Positions 9,963-19,713 are shown, numbered from the stretch's first letter. The stretch is 64,000 nt of DNA from a bacterium (GCA_021779375.1 JAJYAT010000001.1:40724-104723), one strand, 5' to 3'. Made by a program: numbers and translations. The notes: a model not told the origin generated them from the letters alone.

Positions 9963-12368
9963 TTGAACGACCACAAACACAATTTCGGCCGAATCCTGGG
10001 GAAAATTTTGAACGTCGCCTCGCATGAAGCTCCCCGGGTCTTTTTCGCCTGGCTGCTGAAATTCTTTTTCATGATCGGTTTCACAGTCGGCTGGACGATG
10101 CTGACTGCGATGCTCGTCGGGCGTGTCGGCATCGCTTATCTCCCCTATTTGTACGTCGCCAATGCCATTCTCGTAATCGGCGGCACAATCTTTTTTGGTG
10201 AACTCGCGCACCGTTTCTCGAAAACAAAACTGATTTACACCACGATTGGCAGCGGGACGATTCTGCTCGGCGGCGCCTTCGCCGTTTTCCAGAATGCGGA
10301 AAATTTGTGGCTCTTCCTCGGTCTCGCGCTCGTCGCCGAATCGATTTTCTTCGCGCAGCTGAATATCTTGCTCGGACTTTTTATCGAAGATCTTTTTTCA
10401 CCGCTCGAAGGCAGCCGCGCCATCCCAATCATCGAGTCGAGCGAATATGTCGGCGGCATCGTCGGCGGTTTGCTCATCCTCGGCGGACTGAATTTCTTTC
10501 ACGCAGAAGCGATTGACTTGAGTTGGATTTGGATCGGCGCGATTGCGCTCATTTTCCCAGCGCTTTTCATTTTTAATCATTTTCGTCAGAAATTACCGAA
10601 GCTCGAATTTGCGGAGAAACCAGTGCAGCTTTCGAAATTCGAACAGTTTCACGAAGGTCAGAAGCAGATTCGCAAAATGCCCTTCCTGACCGGACTAGTC
10701 TTCGTCGTGCTACTGCAGTGGACCTTTCTCACGCTGCTGAATTTCCAATACACGAAAGCCGTCAACACGAATATCACGCACACGAGTGAGACGGTAAGCG
10801 CGGAAAATCACGCTGCCGCAAGCGAATCGCACGAAGATTTACTCACGCACGGTCTCGGAAAATTGCATGTCATCTTTTTCACGATTGCCTTTCTGACGCA
10901 AATTGTTTTGACGAGTCGTCTCATTGGTCGCTTCGGCATCGTGCGCACCTTGCGACTGCATCCGCTCGCAAGTTTTGGCAGTGCGCTTTTGATGATTGCG
11001 AAACCTGGATTCGGTTCGGCTGTTTTCGCCAAAGGCATGTTCGAATCGACAACTGGGATCTATACCGCCGCTTACCATTCGAGCTTTTATGCGCTGCGGG
11101 AAAAAATTCGCGGCAGCGTGAAGGAATTTTTGGAAGGTCTGATTCGCCCGGCAGGCGTCCTGCTCGGCACAGGAATTTTGATTCTGGGTGAAAAGTTTTT
11201 GAATGCGGAAAGTTTCCCGCTCGCGATAAATTGCGCCCTCGTCACCGCCGCAGCGACGATGAGCTTCTTGCTCTTCCGCCACCAGAAAAATTACACGAAA
11301 ATTCCCGCTGCGAATCTCAAGCTATTTGGCAACCATCCTGCCAAATTTCAGTCGATTGAGATTCTCGCGCAACCCGGTCATGACGGTGCCGCCGAAATTT
11401 TGGTCGAGAAATTGAGCGATGGCAGCGAATCGCCGTTTTTGAAAATCAAAATTCTGACAACGCTCGGACTGCTCTCCGATCCGCAAGCAGTGCCGGCGAT
11501 TTTGGAATGCTTCCGCGACTCGAGTGAAGAAGTCCGCCTCGCCGCCGTCGAAGCGCTCGCGGCTTTCAAAAATCTCGCGGAAAAAGGTTTCACACATCGT
11601 CGCGTGATCGACGCGCTGAAAGAACTTTTTGGCAGTGACAGCTCGCCGGAGCTGCGCTCGGCCATCGTGCGCGTCTTCGCCAATTTGCGCGAGGAAGAGG
11701 CAGTGCAATTCATCATCGCCGAACTGCAAAATTTGGAATCGCCGATTCGCGGCGACTGCGTCTATGTCTGCCGACAGTTCCAGGATCTCGGCATCACACA
11801 CTACATCGAGCCGTATTTGAAGTCGCCGAATCTCACGATTCGCGCGAATGCGCTGATTGCGCTCTGGCAATTCCAGGGCTACCGCCTGCGGCTTAATCGC
11901 CTGCTCGCAGAAATTCTCGAAGCAACCGACCGTGAATCGCGCAAAATTTCCACCCACTTGCTCGGCGAAATTCGCGCCCGCAATGAATTGCCACGACTCC
12001 TGAATCTGCTCGATGAGAATGACGATGAGCTGCGTTTGCTGGCTGCGCTCGCAATCGGAAAAATGGGAAACCCGATTGCGCACCATTTGATTGCCGAATT
12101 TATTTTGCATCCGAATCTCGAGCTTTCCGCGCATGCCAAAAAACAACTCGCGCATTTGCCGGAAAAAACCCGCAAGAGCGTAGAGAAAATCTTGCACCAC
12201 CATCTCTCGGCGAAATTAAACGGATTGCTCGCTGCCACCCACGCACGCTCCATCGAAAAAATCAGCGCCGAAACACTCACCCGCATTCGCCGCGTGTATG
12301 AATTAGCGGACGACTGGGAAGAAGTCGCGCGCGTCGACGCCGTCCTCGCCGGACGCGATTTTGAATAG
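9963..12368 (+). CDS. Fusion protein: N-terminal MFS/nucleotide-transporter(NTT/TLC)-like polytopic permease plus C-terminal HEAT (PBS-lyase type) repeat domain
   Basis: The track ORF (9789) starts inside tRNA-Pro, so the real start must be downstream. In-frame TTG occurs at 9963 or 10008, and ATG at 10071. The N-terminal half has about 11-12 hydrophobic helices (FFAWLLKFFFMIGFTVGWTMLTAMLVGR...). The C-terminal half has HEAT repeats (AVPAILECFRDSSEEVRLAAVEALAAF, ELRSAIVRVFANL, NLTIRANALIALWQF, ELRLLAALAIGKMGNP). Confidence 0.65.
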   Translation: MNDHKHNFGRILGKILNVASHEAPRVFFAWLLKFFFMIGFTVGWTMLTAMLVGRVGIAYLPYLYVANAILVIGGTIFFGELAHRFSKTKLIYTTIGSGTILLGGAFAVFQNAENLWLFLGLALVAESIFFAQLNILLGLFIEDLFSPLEGSRAIPIIESSEYVGGIVGGLLILGGLNFFHAEAIDLSWIWIGAIALIFPALFIFNHFRQKLPKLEFAEKPVQLSKFEQFHEGQKQIRKMPFLTGLVFVVLLQWTFLTLLNFQYTKAVNTNITHTSETVSAENHAAASESHEDLLTHGLGKLHVIFFTIAFLTQIVLTSRLIGRFGIVRTLRLHPLASFGSALLMIAKPGFGSAVFAKGMFESTTGIYTAAYHSSFYALREKIRGSVKEFLEGLIRPAGVLLGTGILILGEKFLNAESFPLAINCALVTAAATMSFLLFRHQKNYTKIPAANLKLFGNHPAKFQSIEILAQPGHDGAAEILVEKLSDGSESPFLKIKILTTLGLLSDPQAVPAILECFRDSSEEVRLAAVEALAAFKNLAEKGFTHRRVIDALKELFGSDSSPELRSAIVRVFANLREEEAVQFIIAELQNLESPIRGDCVYVCRQFQDLGITHYIEPYLKSPNLTIRANALIALWQFQGYRLRLNRLLAEILEATDRESRKISTHLLGEIRARNELPRLLNLLDENDDELRLLAALAIGKMGNPIAHHLIAEFILHPNLELSAHAKKQLAHLPEKTRKSVEKILHHHLSAKLNGLLAATHARSIEKISAETLTRIRRVYELADDWEEVARVDAVLAGRDFE

Positions 12369-12391
12369 TTTATTTTTTAACCCCTTTAGGT

Positions 12392-12760
12392 ATGCCAACC
12401 ACCACTCTCGGAACGGAGACTCGTCAGGCTCACGGAAGACCATACTTCGTCTTACCGCTGAACAACAGTCTCGACCCAAACGACATCTCGGAATTCGAGG
12501 AACGCCTCGAGCCAGTGTGGACCAGTAAGCACCGCTACCTCGTCCTGGATCTCGGTGACATTGATCTCGTGAGCAGCCGCACCGTGAGTTACCTGGAAAA
12601 TTTACACCGCGAACTCGCTGCTGCCGAAAAACAACTCGCGCTAATTAATGTCAATGAAGAACTCCGCGACACCTTGGAATTCGTCGGACTTTCTAAATTG
12701 ATTGAGATCTTCGATGAAGAGAAAAAATTCCTCGAGGCAATGCACCTAGCCGGAATTTAG
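12392..12760 (+). CDS. STAS-domain protein (anti-sigma-factor antagonist/SpoIIAA-like)
   Basis: 122 aa. YLVLDLGDIDLVSSRTVSYLENLHRELAAAEKQLALINVNEELRDTLEFVGLSKLIEIF is a typical STAS pattern. Confidence 0.75.
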   Translation: MPTTTLGTETRQAHGRPYFVLPLNNSLDPNDISEFEERLEPVWTSKHRYLVLDLGDIDLVSSRTVSYLENLHRELAAAEKQLALINVNEELRDTLEFVGLSKLIEIFDEEKKFLEAMHLAGI

Positions 12761-12886
12761 CTTTCGGCTGGGCGAATAAAACTCTGTACTCCGCCCGTCC
12801 TCGTTGCGCCTAGCGCAGCGGGGACTTTATTTTGGCACTGGCGTGACGAATGAAAGTTTGGTGACCAGACGAATAGAGCTGCTAAA

Positions 12887-14425
12887 ATGAGGTCGAGTAT
12901 TCCAATTAAAATGTCGGAGCTGACAACTATTTTTTTAGCCAAAATTTCACTTGCCACGGTCGGTATCGGATTCGCTGCGTTATTTTATTTTTTCCGGAAA
13001 AACAAATCCTTCAAAAAAGTTTTGATTGGAATTTTCATCCCCTTCGTGATTTTAGCGTCTTGGGGCTTTTTAAATTTTGATAAGAATATCATTCGCACAG
13101 GCTACTGGGACATATATCATTATTATCTGAATGCGAAATATTTTGACGAGCTTGGATATTTCGACCTCTACCGCGCTTCGCTCGTCGCGAATGCGGAGAA
13201 TGGCGGACCATTTGAAAATGTGGCTAAAGTGCGCGACCTCAGCACGCAAATCCAAACAATTCCGGATAGTAGCTCCGCCGAAGCTGAGTCGATGCGCGCA
13301 AAATTTTCTCCGGCGCGCTGGGAGGAGTTTCGCGCCGACGTTAAATTTTTCTTTGAAAAACTGACTCCCGTCGTCCTCACCGACCGCGGCTACAACGCCT
13401 CGCCGACCTGGAATAAAACCGGCTCGCTAATCGCGAATGCGTTGCCGCTCACGAATCCGGCGACCATCCCAATCATCTATTCGCTCGACATTTTAATTCT
13501 CGTCGCAATCTTCGGTATTATCACTGCGTCTTTCGGAATCGTCCCCGCACTCTTTTTCGTACTATTGCTCGGCGTCAATCCGCTCGAAATGCGCCCGCTG
13601 CAATTCGCTTTTTTGCGACTGGATTGGCTGCTCGCACTCGTCGGCAGTATCGCCCTTTGGAGAAAACAAAAATTTGGCTTGTCCGGTGCACTGCTTGCAC
13701 TCTCCGCTTTGCTCCGCATATTCCCGGTTGTTTTGCTCACTGGGGCAATCGTACAGGCTGGTCTGGAATTCTGGCGCAAGCGAAAAATCTCACCCGCTTT
13801 CCAAAAGTTTTTCCTCGGCTTCGCCATCGCAGCACTCGTACTCTTACTTTACGGCAGCCTCAATCAAGCTAATCATTTGGATTTTTCGCGCTGGGTCGAC
13901 TTCGGTAAAAAAATTATCATCCACTCACAGACCGCCTCGAATCAACGCAGTGGCATCAATTACCTCATCCCCGATGCTATTGATTTTTTACGCCTGCCTG
14001 TGAAATTATTGATGCTTGGACTTTTCGCTTGGGCAATCCGCCGCGCGCCAAGTGAAAAATTAATTCCGCTCAGTTTGCTGCTAGTTCCGGTCGTGACGGC
14101 ACCCGCCTCGTACTATTTTTGCAGCGTCTCAGTCTTGGTCTTGGCTTTTGCCGACTTGGCGAAAAAAGAAAACGCTCTCGCGCTCAGCTGTATTTTGCTC
14201 GCTTTTATTTTGGAAACATTTGGCGTCATCTACGAAAATGTCTACCACAACTCCGACACGAGTTATTATTGGTCGGGGCTCTTCTTTATTTTGAGCGTAG
14301 CTTTGCTGTTTGTGGTCGCAAATGAAAAAAATACTCTCGACCCAATGGGTGCAGATAAAAAAATCAAATCTCTTTTTTCAAAAAATCCAAAGGCAGTAAA
14401 CAAAGTAAAATCCACCAAATTATAA
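12887..14425 (+). CDS. Polytopic membrane protein, GT-C-like (putative glycosyltransferase); paralogue of 14364-15944
   Basis: 512 aa with at least 10 TM helices. The first extracytoplasmic loop carries YWDIYHYYLNAKYFDELGYFDLY (a D..Y..........G..Y pattern, as in GT87/GT-C loop 1). RWEEFRADVKFFF, DRGYNASPTW and LRIFPV are shared with the paralogue. Confidence 0.5.
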   Translation: MRSSIPIKMSELTTIFLAKISLATVGIGFAALFYFFRKNKSFKKVLIGIFIPFVILASWGFLNFDKNIIRTGYWDIYHYYLNAKYFDELGYFDLYRASLVANAENGGPFENVAKVRDLSTQIQTIPDSSSAEAESMRAKFSPARWEEFRADVKFFFEKLTPVVLTDRGYNASPTWNKTGSLIANALPLTNPATIPIIYSLDILILVAIFGIITASFGIVPALFFVLLLGVNPLEMRPLQFAFLRLDWLLALVGSIALWRKQKFGLSGALLALSALLRIFPVVLLTGAIVQAGLEFWRKRKISPAFQKFFLGFAIAALVLLLYGSLNQANHLDFSRWVDFGKKIIIHSQTASNQRSGINYLIPDAIDFLRLPVKLLMLGLFAWAIRRAPSEKLIPLSLLLVPVVTAPASYYFCSVSVLVLAFADLAKKENALALSCILLAFILETFGVIYENVYHNSDTSYYWSGLFFILSVALLFVVANEKNTLDPMGADKKIKSLFSKNPKAVNKVKSTKL

Positions 14426-15944
14426 AAATCGCAAGCGCACAACAAGTGTAAAAATTTTGGATAATCCCGTCAGAAGACAGAAATGGGGCCAACCACGTAA
14501 AAATTAAAAAACCAAAAAGCCCAAGAGAGACCAAGTGTTTTCTCCAATTTTGTTTCTGAGAATAAAGAGCTAGCGGTATTAAAGACAGAAAAACAAAATA
14601 ATAATTTGCCGGCAGAGTAAAAAGAAAAATCAACGTTGTCCCGACTAGCAATGCACTTTCGAGCAAATTAATTTTGCGAGTTGCTGCGCAGGCCGCGGCC
14701 GTGATTAAAAAACTCAGGGGCAAAAATAACCACAATCGCGACTGCCACACCGCCCAAAGTTGGCGATTCCAGGCATCGAAAAGTCGCAGACCAGCCTCGC
14801 CGAAAAAATTCTGATTCGGCACCCAATCAGCGAAAGTTGCGATTTTTTTGAGACCGATGTGAAAAACAAAATAAACATCTTTATGTAACAAAATATGTTG
14901 AAAAAAATCTCGCCAAGCATCAAGACCAAAAATCAGCAAACTCAAGCTGCCGAGCGCAAATACCGCAACCGCTCCCCCAGCAACGAAATCGCGAAGCACC
15001 TTTTTGTTTTTACGGAAATCAAAAAGCAGCGCAACAACCACCCCGACCGCGAAAAAAAGCGGAAAAACTCGCAACATCGCACTAATCCCGAAGAAAAGAC
15101 CCGACCAAAAATAGCGCTTTTGGGAAATAAGGCTAAATCCGACAATCAAATTAAACAACCAAAAATAGCGCAGAAAAGCCCCGCCATTCCAAAAGTACCC
15201 CGCGATATAACTCACTCCAAAAATGACGACGAAACCGATAAGCGCGGTCATCCCAAAATTACGGAAAATCAAAAATGTAGCGGCGAGCAACAGTAAAATG
15301 TCGAGCAGCGGCAACAACAAGTAAGTTTGTGAGCTGAGTGGAATAAGATTGGAAAGGCTGCTTGAAAAAATGACCGAACTCGGCGGCGGATTAAAGCCGG
15401 CATCCTGAACTGCAGTATCCCACCACTCCGATGCGCCAATTGAGGCGAGAAAATTCAAATCGTTTTTGAATTCATCCCAGCGCTCCACCGTAAAATTTCT
15501 TTTAAAATTTTTATCGCAATCGCGCACTGCCTCATCATGCGAGATTGAGGTCAAGATATTGCGCAAGTTACGAACATAATCAATCGAAATCAATCTGCCT
15601 CGCTCCTCGTCACCAGCCGTGACACAATTGTATATTCCAAAATACCCTAGCTCTGAAAAATATTTACTACCAAGATAATAATGGTAAATTTCGTGCCAAT
15701 GGAAAGGTCTTTGTAGCTCCACCTTGCCTTCGCCATCTGGATTATCAACAAAAATCGAATGAAATTTCCAAAAATTAAAATAAACTGTCAGCGAAGTCAA
15801 AATAAAAGCCATCACGATTAAGGCGATTATTATTTTGGGAATCTGCTTTTTTTTATTTTGTAAAAATGCGAACCCTAAAGCCAAAAGCGGAAAGAGAATC
15901 AAAACTGAAATTGCGAGATAGGTTTTTTGATCCATCTCGAGCAA
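14364..15944 (-). CDS. Polytopic membrane protein, GT-C-like; paralogue of 12887-14425
   Basis: 526 aa. Shared motifs are HWHEIYHYYLGSKYFSELGYFGIY, RWDEFKNDLNFL, DAGFNPPPS, LLDILLLLA and LRVFPL. The 3' end overlaps the convergent paralogue by 62 nt. It starts 1 nt after the upstream gene's stop (TTG 15944; alternative ATG 15935). Confidence 0.5.
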   Translation of the reverse strand: MLEMDQKTYLAISVLILFPLLALGFAFLQNKKKQIPKIIIALIVMAFILTSLTVYFNFWKFHSIFVDNPDGEGKVELQRPFHWHEIYHYYLGSKYFSELGYFGIYNCVTAGDEERGRLISIDYVRNLRNILTSISHDEAVRDCDKNFKRNFTVERWDEFKNDLNFLASIGASEWWDTAVQDAGFNPPPSSVIFSSSLSNLIPLSSQTYLLLPLLDILLLLAATFLIFRNFGMTALIGFVVIFGVSYIAGYFWNGGAFLRYFWLFNLIVGFSLISQKRYFWSGLFFGISAMLRVFPLFFAVGVVVALLFDFRKNKKVLRDFVAGGAVAVFALGSLSLLIFGLDAWRDFFQHILLHKDVYFVFHIGLKKIATFADWVPNQNFFGEAGLRLFDAWNRQLWAVWQSRLWLFLPLSFLITAAACAATRKINLLESALLVGTTLIFLFTLPANYYFVFLSLIPLALYSQKQNWRKHLVSLGLFGFLIFTWLAPFLSSDGIIQNFYTCCALAIFIIWWILLCLLPLDFLKKEI

Positions 15945-15945
15945 A

Positions 15946-16938
15946 TCAAATCACGCCAGGGATGAAGCGCCAACGCACTTTCTTGGCATAGCGGCGGTAA
16001 TCCGGATCAGCACTCAGGTGTCGCTCTTCCGTCAGCGCGCGCAGAATATAAATCGCGTTCCAGCCGATTAGGGCGAGCAAAGTGCCGAGGCTGAGAAATG
16101 GCAGGAACTCAAACCACCACGCTAAATTTTTGGCGATATAGGCTGGATGTCGTACGAAACGATAAGGTCCGTATGAAACAATTCCGCGATTCGTGAGATT
16201 ACTCGCCTTGAAACCGAGCGCCAGCGTCGCCCAAACATAAATCAAGAAGGCAATCAACCCGGCGATTTTGAGCGAATCGACAAGCCAAACATTTTCGAAG
16301 AGTGTGAAGTTTCTGGTAAGCGGGATGAAATTATCCATGATGGAATTGAAGGGCGGATAGCAGATGAGCGCAACCACCCAGCCCGAAACAAAGGGATCGA
16401 CTGACTTGATACGATTACGAAGAAAACTAAACTCAAAGGTATAAGCGAACGCAAACACGACAGTGTCAATTAAGAAAATTGCCTGATAAATAAAGTCGTA
16501 ACCCCACTGCCAAAAAAATGAGATGAAACTCTGGCTGGGATCAGCCGTACGCCATAGTTCATGTAAATTTTGAAAATGCTGAAAAAAGAAGTTCAGCATC
16601 AGAGGCAAGAAGAAAAATTTGACGAGGTAAGAGAGAGCCGCTGTCCGCGCCGCTGCGCGATTTTCCGGCGAGCGTTTTCGACAAAAAATGAAGTTAAATA
16701 AAACTACTAGCTTGTCGCGTGCGTAATCCGCCTCTGTGCAAAAAAAATGGAAACGCACGAGGTAATAAGGCAAACCAAGCACCAGATAAGCCAGAAACAA
16801 AAAATTAAAAACCGCAATTGTATTGCCATTTAAAAAATTACGAAAGTAGCCGTGGAAGGAATAAATCGCTAAAAGAACCGCAAAAATGAGGAGATTGCCG
16901 AGATAATGCGCGACCGTTCGTTGTAAAGTTTTGAGCAT
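15946..16938 (-). CDS. ICMT/PEMT-family membrane methyltransferase
   Basis: 330 aa, polytopic. The C-terminal signature NRGIVSYGPYRFVRHPAYIAKNLAWWFE is typical of the isoprenylcysteine carboxyl / phospholipid methyltransferase family. Its ATG overlaps the upstream stop (TGATG). Confidence 0.65.
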   Translation of the reverse strand: MLKTLQRTVAHYLGNLLIFAVLLAIYSFHGYFRNFLNGNTIAVFNFLFLAYLVLGLPYYLVRFHFFCTEADYARDKLVVLFNFIFCRKRSPENRAAARTAALSYLVKFFFLPLMLNFFFQHFQNLHELWRTADPSQSFISFFWQWGYDFIYQAIFLIDTVVFAFAYTFEFSFLRNRIKSVDPFVSGWVVALICYPPFNSIMDNFIPLTRNFTLFENVWLVDSLKIAGLIAFLIYVWATLALGFKASNLTNRGIVSYGPYRFVRHPAYIAKNLAWWFEFLPFLSLGTLLALIGWNAIYILRALTEERHLSADPDYRRYAKKVRWRFIPGVI

Positions 16939-19673
16939 CAGCGTCCGATTTCATTTTGAAACAGAGTCGCGAGACTATCGAATCCGGGTGGCGGATTATT
17001 TTGGATGCGCGAATCGTAGCGCAGTACGACGGCTTCAGGCGCAGTCGTCCCGTTGGCTGATTCCGGTCTCGGCAATTCATCGTAAGCAATTTCAGAGAAA
17101 GGACGCGCCGTATTATCACAAGAGGAAATTTTCCAGTTGGACGAGCCGTACGGTGAAAGCGCGGAGGTCAGATTGCCACAGCGGAAATACTCGCGCAGAT
17201 ACGCAAGGTCGTATTCGACCGCCTCGCGCCAAGTCGGATCTGGGAAACCACCGCCAATTTCGTAGGGACGCCGCGAAGCACAATTCGGATTACCGTAAGC
17301 CGGCCAATTCGGATTGACCGCACCACCGATGGAATTCAGCGAGAGAATCGTCCCTTCCCAAAAAATCTGATTCTTCAGAATTTGATACCACTCTGTACCT
17401 TCTCGATTGGTTGGTAAATGCCAATTCGCGTCAGTCGATTTCACACTACCCTCGAGATAATAAGCACCGACAACATTCGTCGGGTCAGGATGCAGGAAAG
17501 CGTCTCCGCCGTAAGTCGCTCCGCAAACTTTGTTTTGAAGCAAAATCACACCGAGACTCGCGTTGGAATTGGGTGGATAAACGAGGTTGTCTTTGATGCG
17601 CAAATCCGCTCCGCGAATAACGAGCGTCACCGGATAAGGCGGCAGCACGATACTGTCACCATCGGGATTGTCGAGCGTCACCGAGCCGCCACTCGGCGGA
17701 TCGAAGAAAATCACATTGCCGCGGGCGCAATCGGAAAGGTACGCCGCCGCACCATTGACTGGGTCGTGAGAAGTATTGGAATAATCGATGTACTGAGTCG
17801 CATGATTGAGCGCATCCAGCGAGCTCAGCACGACTCCTTTACCTGTCGCGTCACAACCGCAAAGCTCGGTCATACGACCATTCGCACAGGTAAACGATTG
17901 ACACTCGCCGGGCTCATGGAATGGCTGCAAAATCTGTGCAATCCGCGGATTCATCAAGGTACGCGCTTCGGGATAATTCGTGTCGCACACACTGGCGTTG
18001 TCCGCCACGGTCGCCAGCGCCTTGGAGCAATTCACACCCGTCCCGCTAATCGGCTGAACGCGCGTGTCGAAATAACAAGTCTGATCAAACGGATACGGCG
18101 TCGTTGTACGCACATTGTTGTAGCCAATAATCGCACCAAACCAGTTGTAGATTGGCACTCTCCGATAAATATAAGTCGAGATTTGAATTTTATAAGCTGA
18201 TTTGTACTGCGCCGGTAAATACATTTTGTTACCAACGATTTGAAAACTACTCTGCGGGAGACAAGCCGACCAGCCCGCGCCACGAATATCATAGACATTG
18301 TTGGCGACGATTGGCCGACTCGCGACCTGCACACAAACATCTGCTTTATTGAGTGAGCAAGTGCCTGTATGAGTAATGTTCACTGGTACCACTACTTTGC
18401 CATTTTCAATCGGCAGCGTCGTGAGATAGCAATCCATCGGCAAAGGCTTGCATTCGATATCGGCAGTACAACCCCCGCCACCGGACGAGCTACCAGAGCT
18501 GTCCCCGCCAGACGAGCTGCCCGAGCTGTACCCGCCAGACGAGCTACCAGAGCTGCCCCCGCTGGAACCAGAGGAACCAGAGGAACCACTTGAGCTACCT
18601 GAAGATGAACCTGACGACGATCCGCTGGAAGAACCAGACGAGGAACCACTTGAGCTACCTGAAGATGAACCTGACGACGATCCGCTGGAAGAACCAGACG
18701 AGGAACCAGAGGAACCGCTGGAAGAACTACCTTCACCGTCACCGCCAGGGCAAGTACAATCGCTCAAGCATTTACCGGAACAAGCGGCGTCAGATGTACC
18801 ATCGCAAACTTCGTAGACTCCAGCGTCGTTTGGTCTCTGGACGATGTTGTCACCGCAGCGAGTCAAGGAACTCAGCGGCTTACAAGTACAATCACTCCTA
18901 CAAAGACCCAGTGAACAGATACCAGGACAAGCGGCATCATCAGCTCCATCACAGATTTCGTAAACTCCAGCACTGTTTGGTCTTTGGACAATTCCGTCTC
19001 CGCAATAAGTCGATGCCGCTGGTTTGCAAGTGCAATCACTTTGGCAGATGCCACTTGCACAAGAACCACTGCTTTTGTCGCACTCTTCATTAAATCCCTG
19101 ATCGTTCGGTGTTTGTTTTATCCCATCACCGCAAATTTTTGGTGTCACCGGCTTGCAGGTGCAATCACTTTGGCAGATGCCACTAGCGCAAGCAGCGTGG
19201 GAAGTGCCATCACAAACCTCTGGTGATTGAATAGTGTTGTCACCGCAAATTGGCTTCTGAGTACAAGTCACATCACTGCAAATCGAAGCATAGGGACTAA
19301 GGTTAACTTTACATTCTGGATTATCCAAAGTATAAGAATCAATCGTCACGCTCGAACAGATTTTGCTGCCATTGGGCGCATCTGCCGCTGCAGCTACTGA
19401 AAAAGCAACTGGCTTGGTCCCGCCTGCCGGCAAGTGGACGCCGAGATTAAAAGATTGAGTCAGCGGATTCGCAGCCCCTACGCCCCAGATTTTTTTTGTC
19501 ACAGCATTGATTGTCGCTCCACAATCGCCGCTCACATAAAGGCTGTAATTGTGATAAACCGTCCCGCCACACTCCACCGAGGCAAGCGCTACTCGCGCAC
19601 AGAGAAATAGCAAAGCCGGAATCACCAGAAGCACCAGATATTTCCGCGCGTAACTATTGAGAAACTTCAGCAT
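16938..19673 (-). CDS. Secreted 911-aa protein: N-terminal domain, four Cys-rich repeats (CGDG..Q.P...CDG....C..G.C.SDCTCKP), ~95-aa Ser/Gly linker, ~500-aa C-terminal domain of unknown fold
   Basis: Signal/anchor KYLVLLVIPALLFLCARVALA. Repeats include CGDNTIQSPEVCDGTSHAACASGICQSDCTCKP, CGDGIKQTPNDQGFNEECDKSSGSCASGICQSDCTCKP, CGDGIVQRPNSAGVYEICDGADDAAC...CRSDCTCKP and CGDNIVQRPNDAGVYEVCDGTSDAACSGKCLSDCTC. These resemble the myxococcal Cys-rich repeat type. A run of SSGSSGSSSG... follows. Confidence 0.75.
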   Translation of the reverse strand: MLKFLNSYARKYLVLLVIPALLFLCARVALASVECGGTVYHNYSLYVSGDCGATINAVTKKIWGVGAANPLTQSFNLGVHLPAGGTKPVAFSVAAAADAPNGSKICSSVTIDSYTLDNPECKVNLSPYASICSDVTCTQKPICGDNTIQSPEVCDGTSHAACASGICQSDCTCKPVTPKICGDGIKQTPNDQGFNEECDKSSGSCASGICQSDCTCKPAASTYCGDGIVQRPNSAGVYEICDGADDAACPGICSLGLCRSDCTCKPLSSLTRCGDNIVQRPNDAGVYEVCDGTSDAACSGKCLSDCTCPGGDGEGSSSSGSSGSSSGSSSGSSSGSSSGSSSGSSSGSSSGSSSGSSSGSSSGSSGSSGSSGGSSGSSSGGYSSGSSSGGDSSGSSSGGGGCTADIECKPLPMDCYLTTLPIENGKVVVPVNITHTGTCSLNKADVCVQVASRPIVANNVYDIRGAGWSACLPQSSFQIVGNKMYLPAQYKSAYKIQISTYIYRRVPIYNWFGAIIGYNNVRTTTPYPFDQTCYFDTRVQPISGTGVNCSKALATVADNASVCDTNYPEARTLMNPRIAQILQPFHEPGECQSFTCANGRMTELCGCDATGKGVVLSSLDALNHATQYIDYSNTSHDPVNGAAAYLSDCARGNVIFFDPPSGGSVTLDNPDGDSIVLPPYPVTLVIRGADLRIKDNLVYPPNSNASLGVILLQNKVCGATYGGDAFLHPDPTNVVGAYYLEGSVKSTDANWHLPTNREGTEWYQILKNQIFWEGTILSLNSIGGAVNPNWPAYGNPNCASRRPYEIGGGFPDPTWREAVEYDLAYLREYFRCGNLTSALSPYGSSNWKISSCDNTARPFSEIAYDELPRPESANGTTAPEAVVLRYDSRIQNNPPPGFDSLATLFQNEIGR
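18581..18700. repeat. Perfect 60-nt tandem duplication within the Ser/Gly-coding tract (whole low-complexity tract about 18472-18747)
   Basis: 18581-18640 and 18641-18700 are identical (aggaaccacttgagctacctgaagatgaacctgacgacgatccgctggaagaaccagacg). A partial third unit follows. Confidence 0.9.
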
Positions 19674-19713
19674 AAAATTTAATTTGAATAGGGTTTACTT
19701 TAACCTAAAAAAC

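Noticed and set aside
12757-12957. 66-aa minus-strand ORF between the STAS gene and the 512-aa membrane-protein gene.
   Set aside because: It overlaps the start of the 512-aa gene on the opposite strand and has no motif or signal. It is probably spurious.
18448-18816. 122-aa plus-strand ORF rich in PPDELPEL/EEPDEEP repeats, and the 18392-18742 and 18590-19093 ORFs.
   Set aside because: These are alternative-frame or antisense readings of the Ser/Gly-coding tandem repeats of the 911-aa gene. They lack any independent start context.
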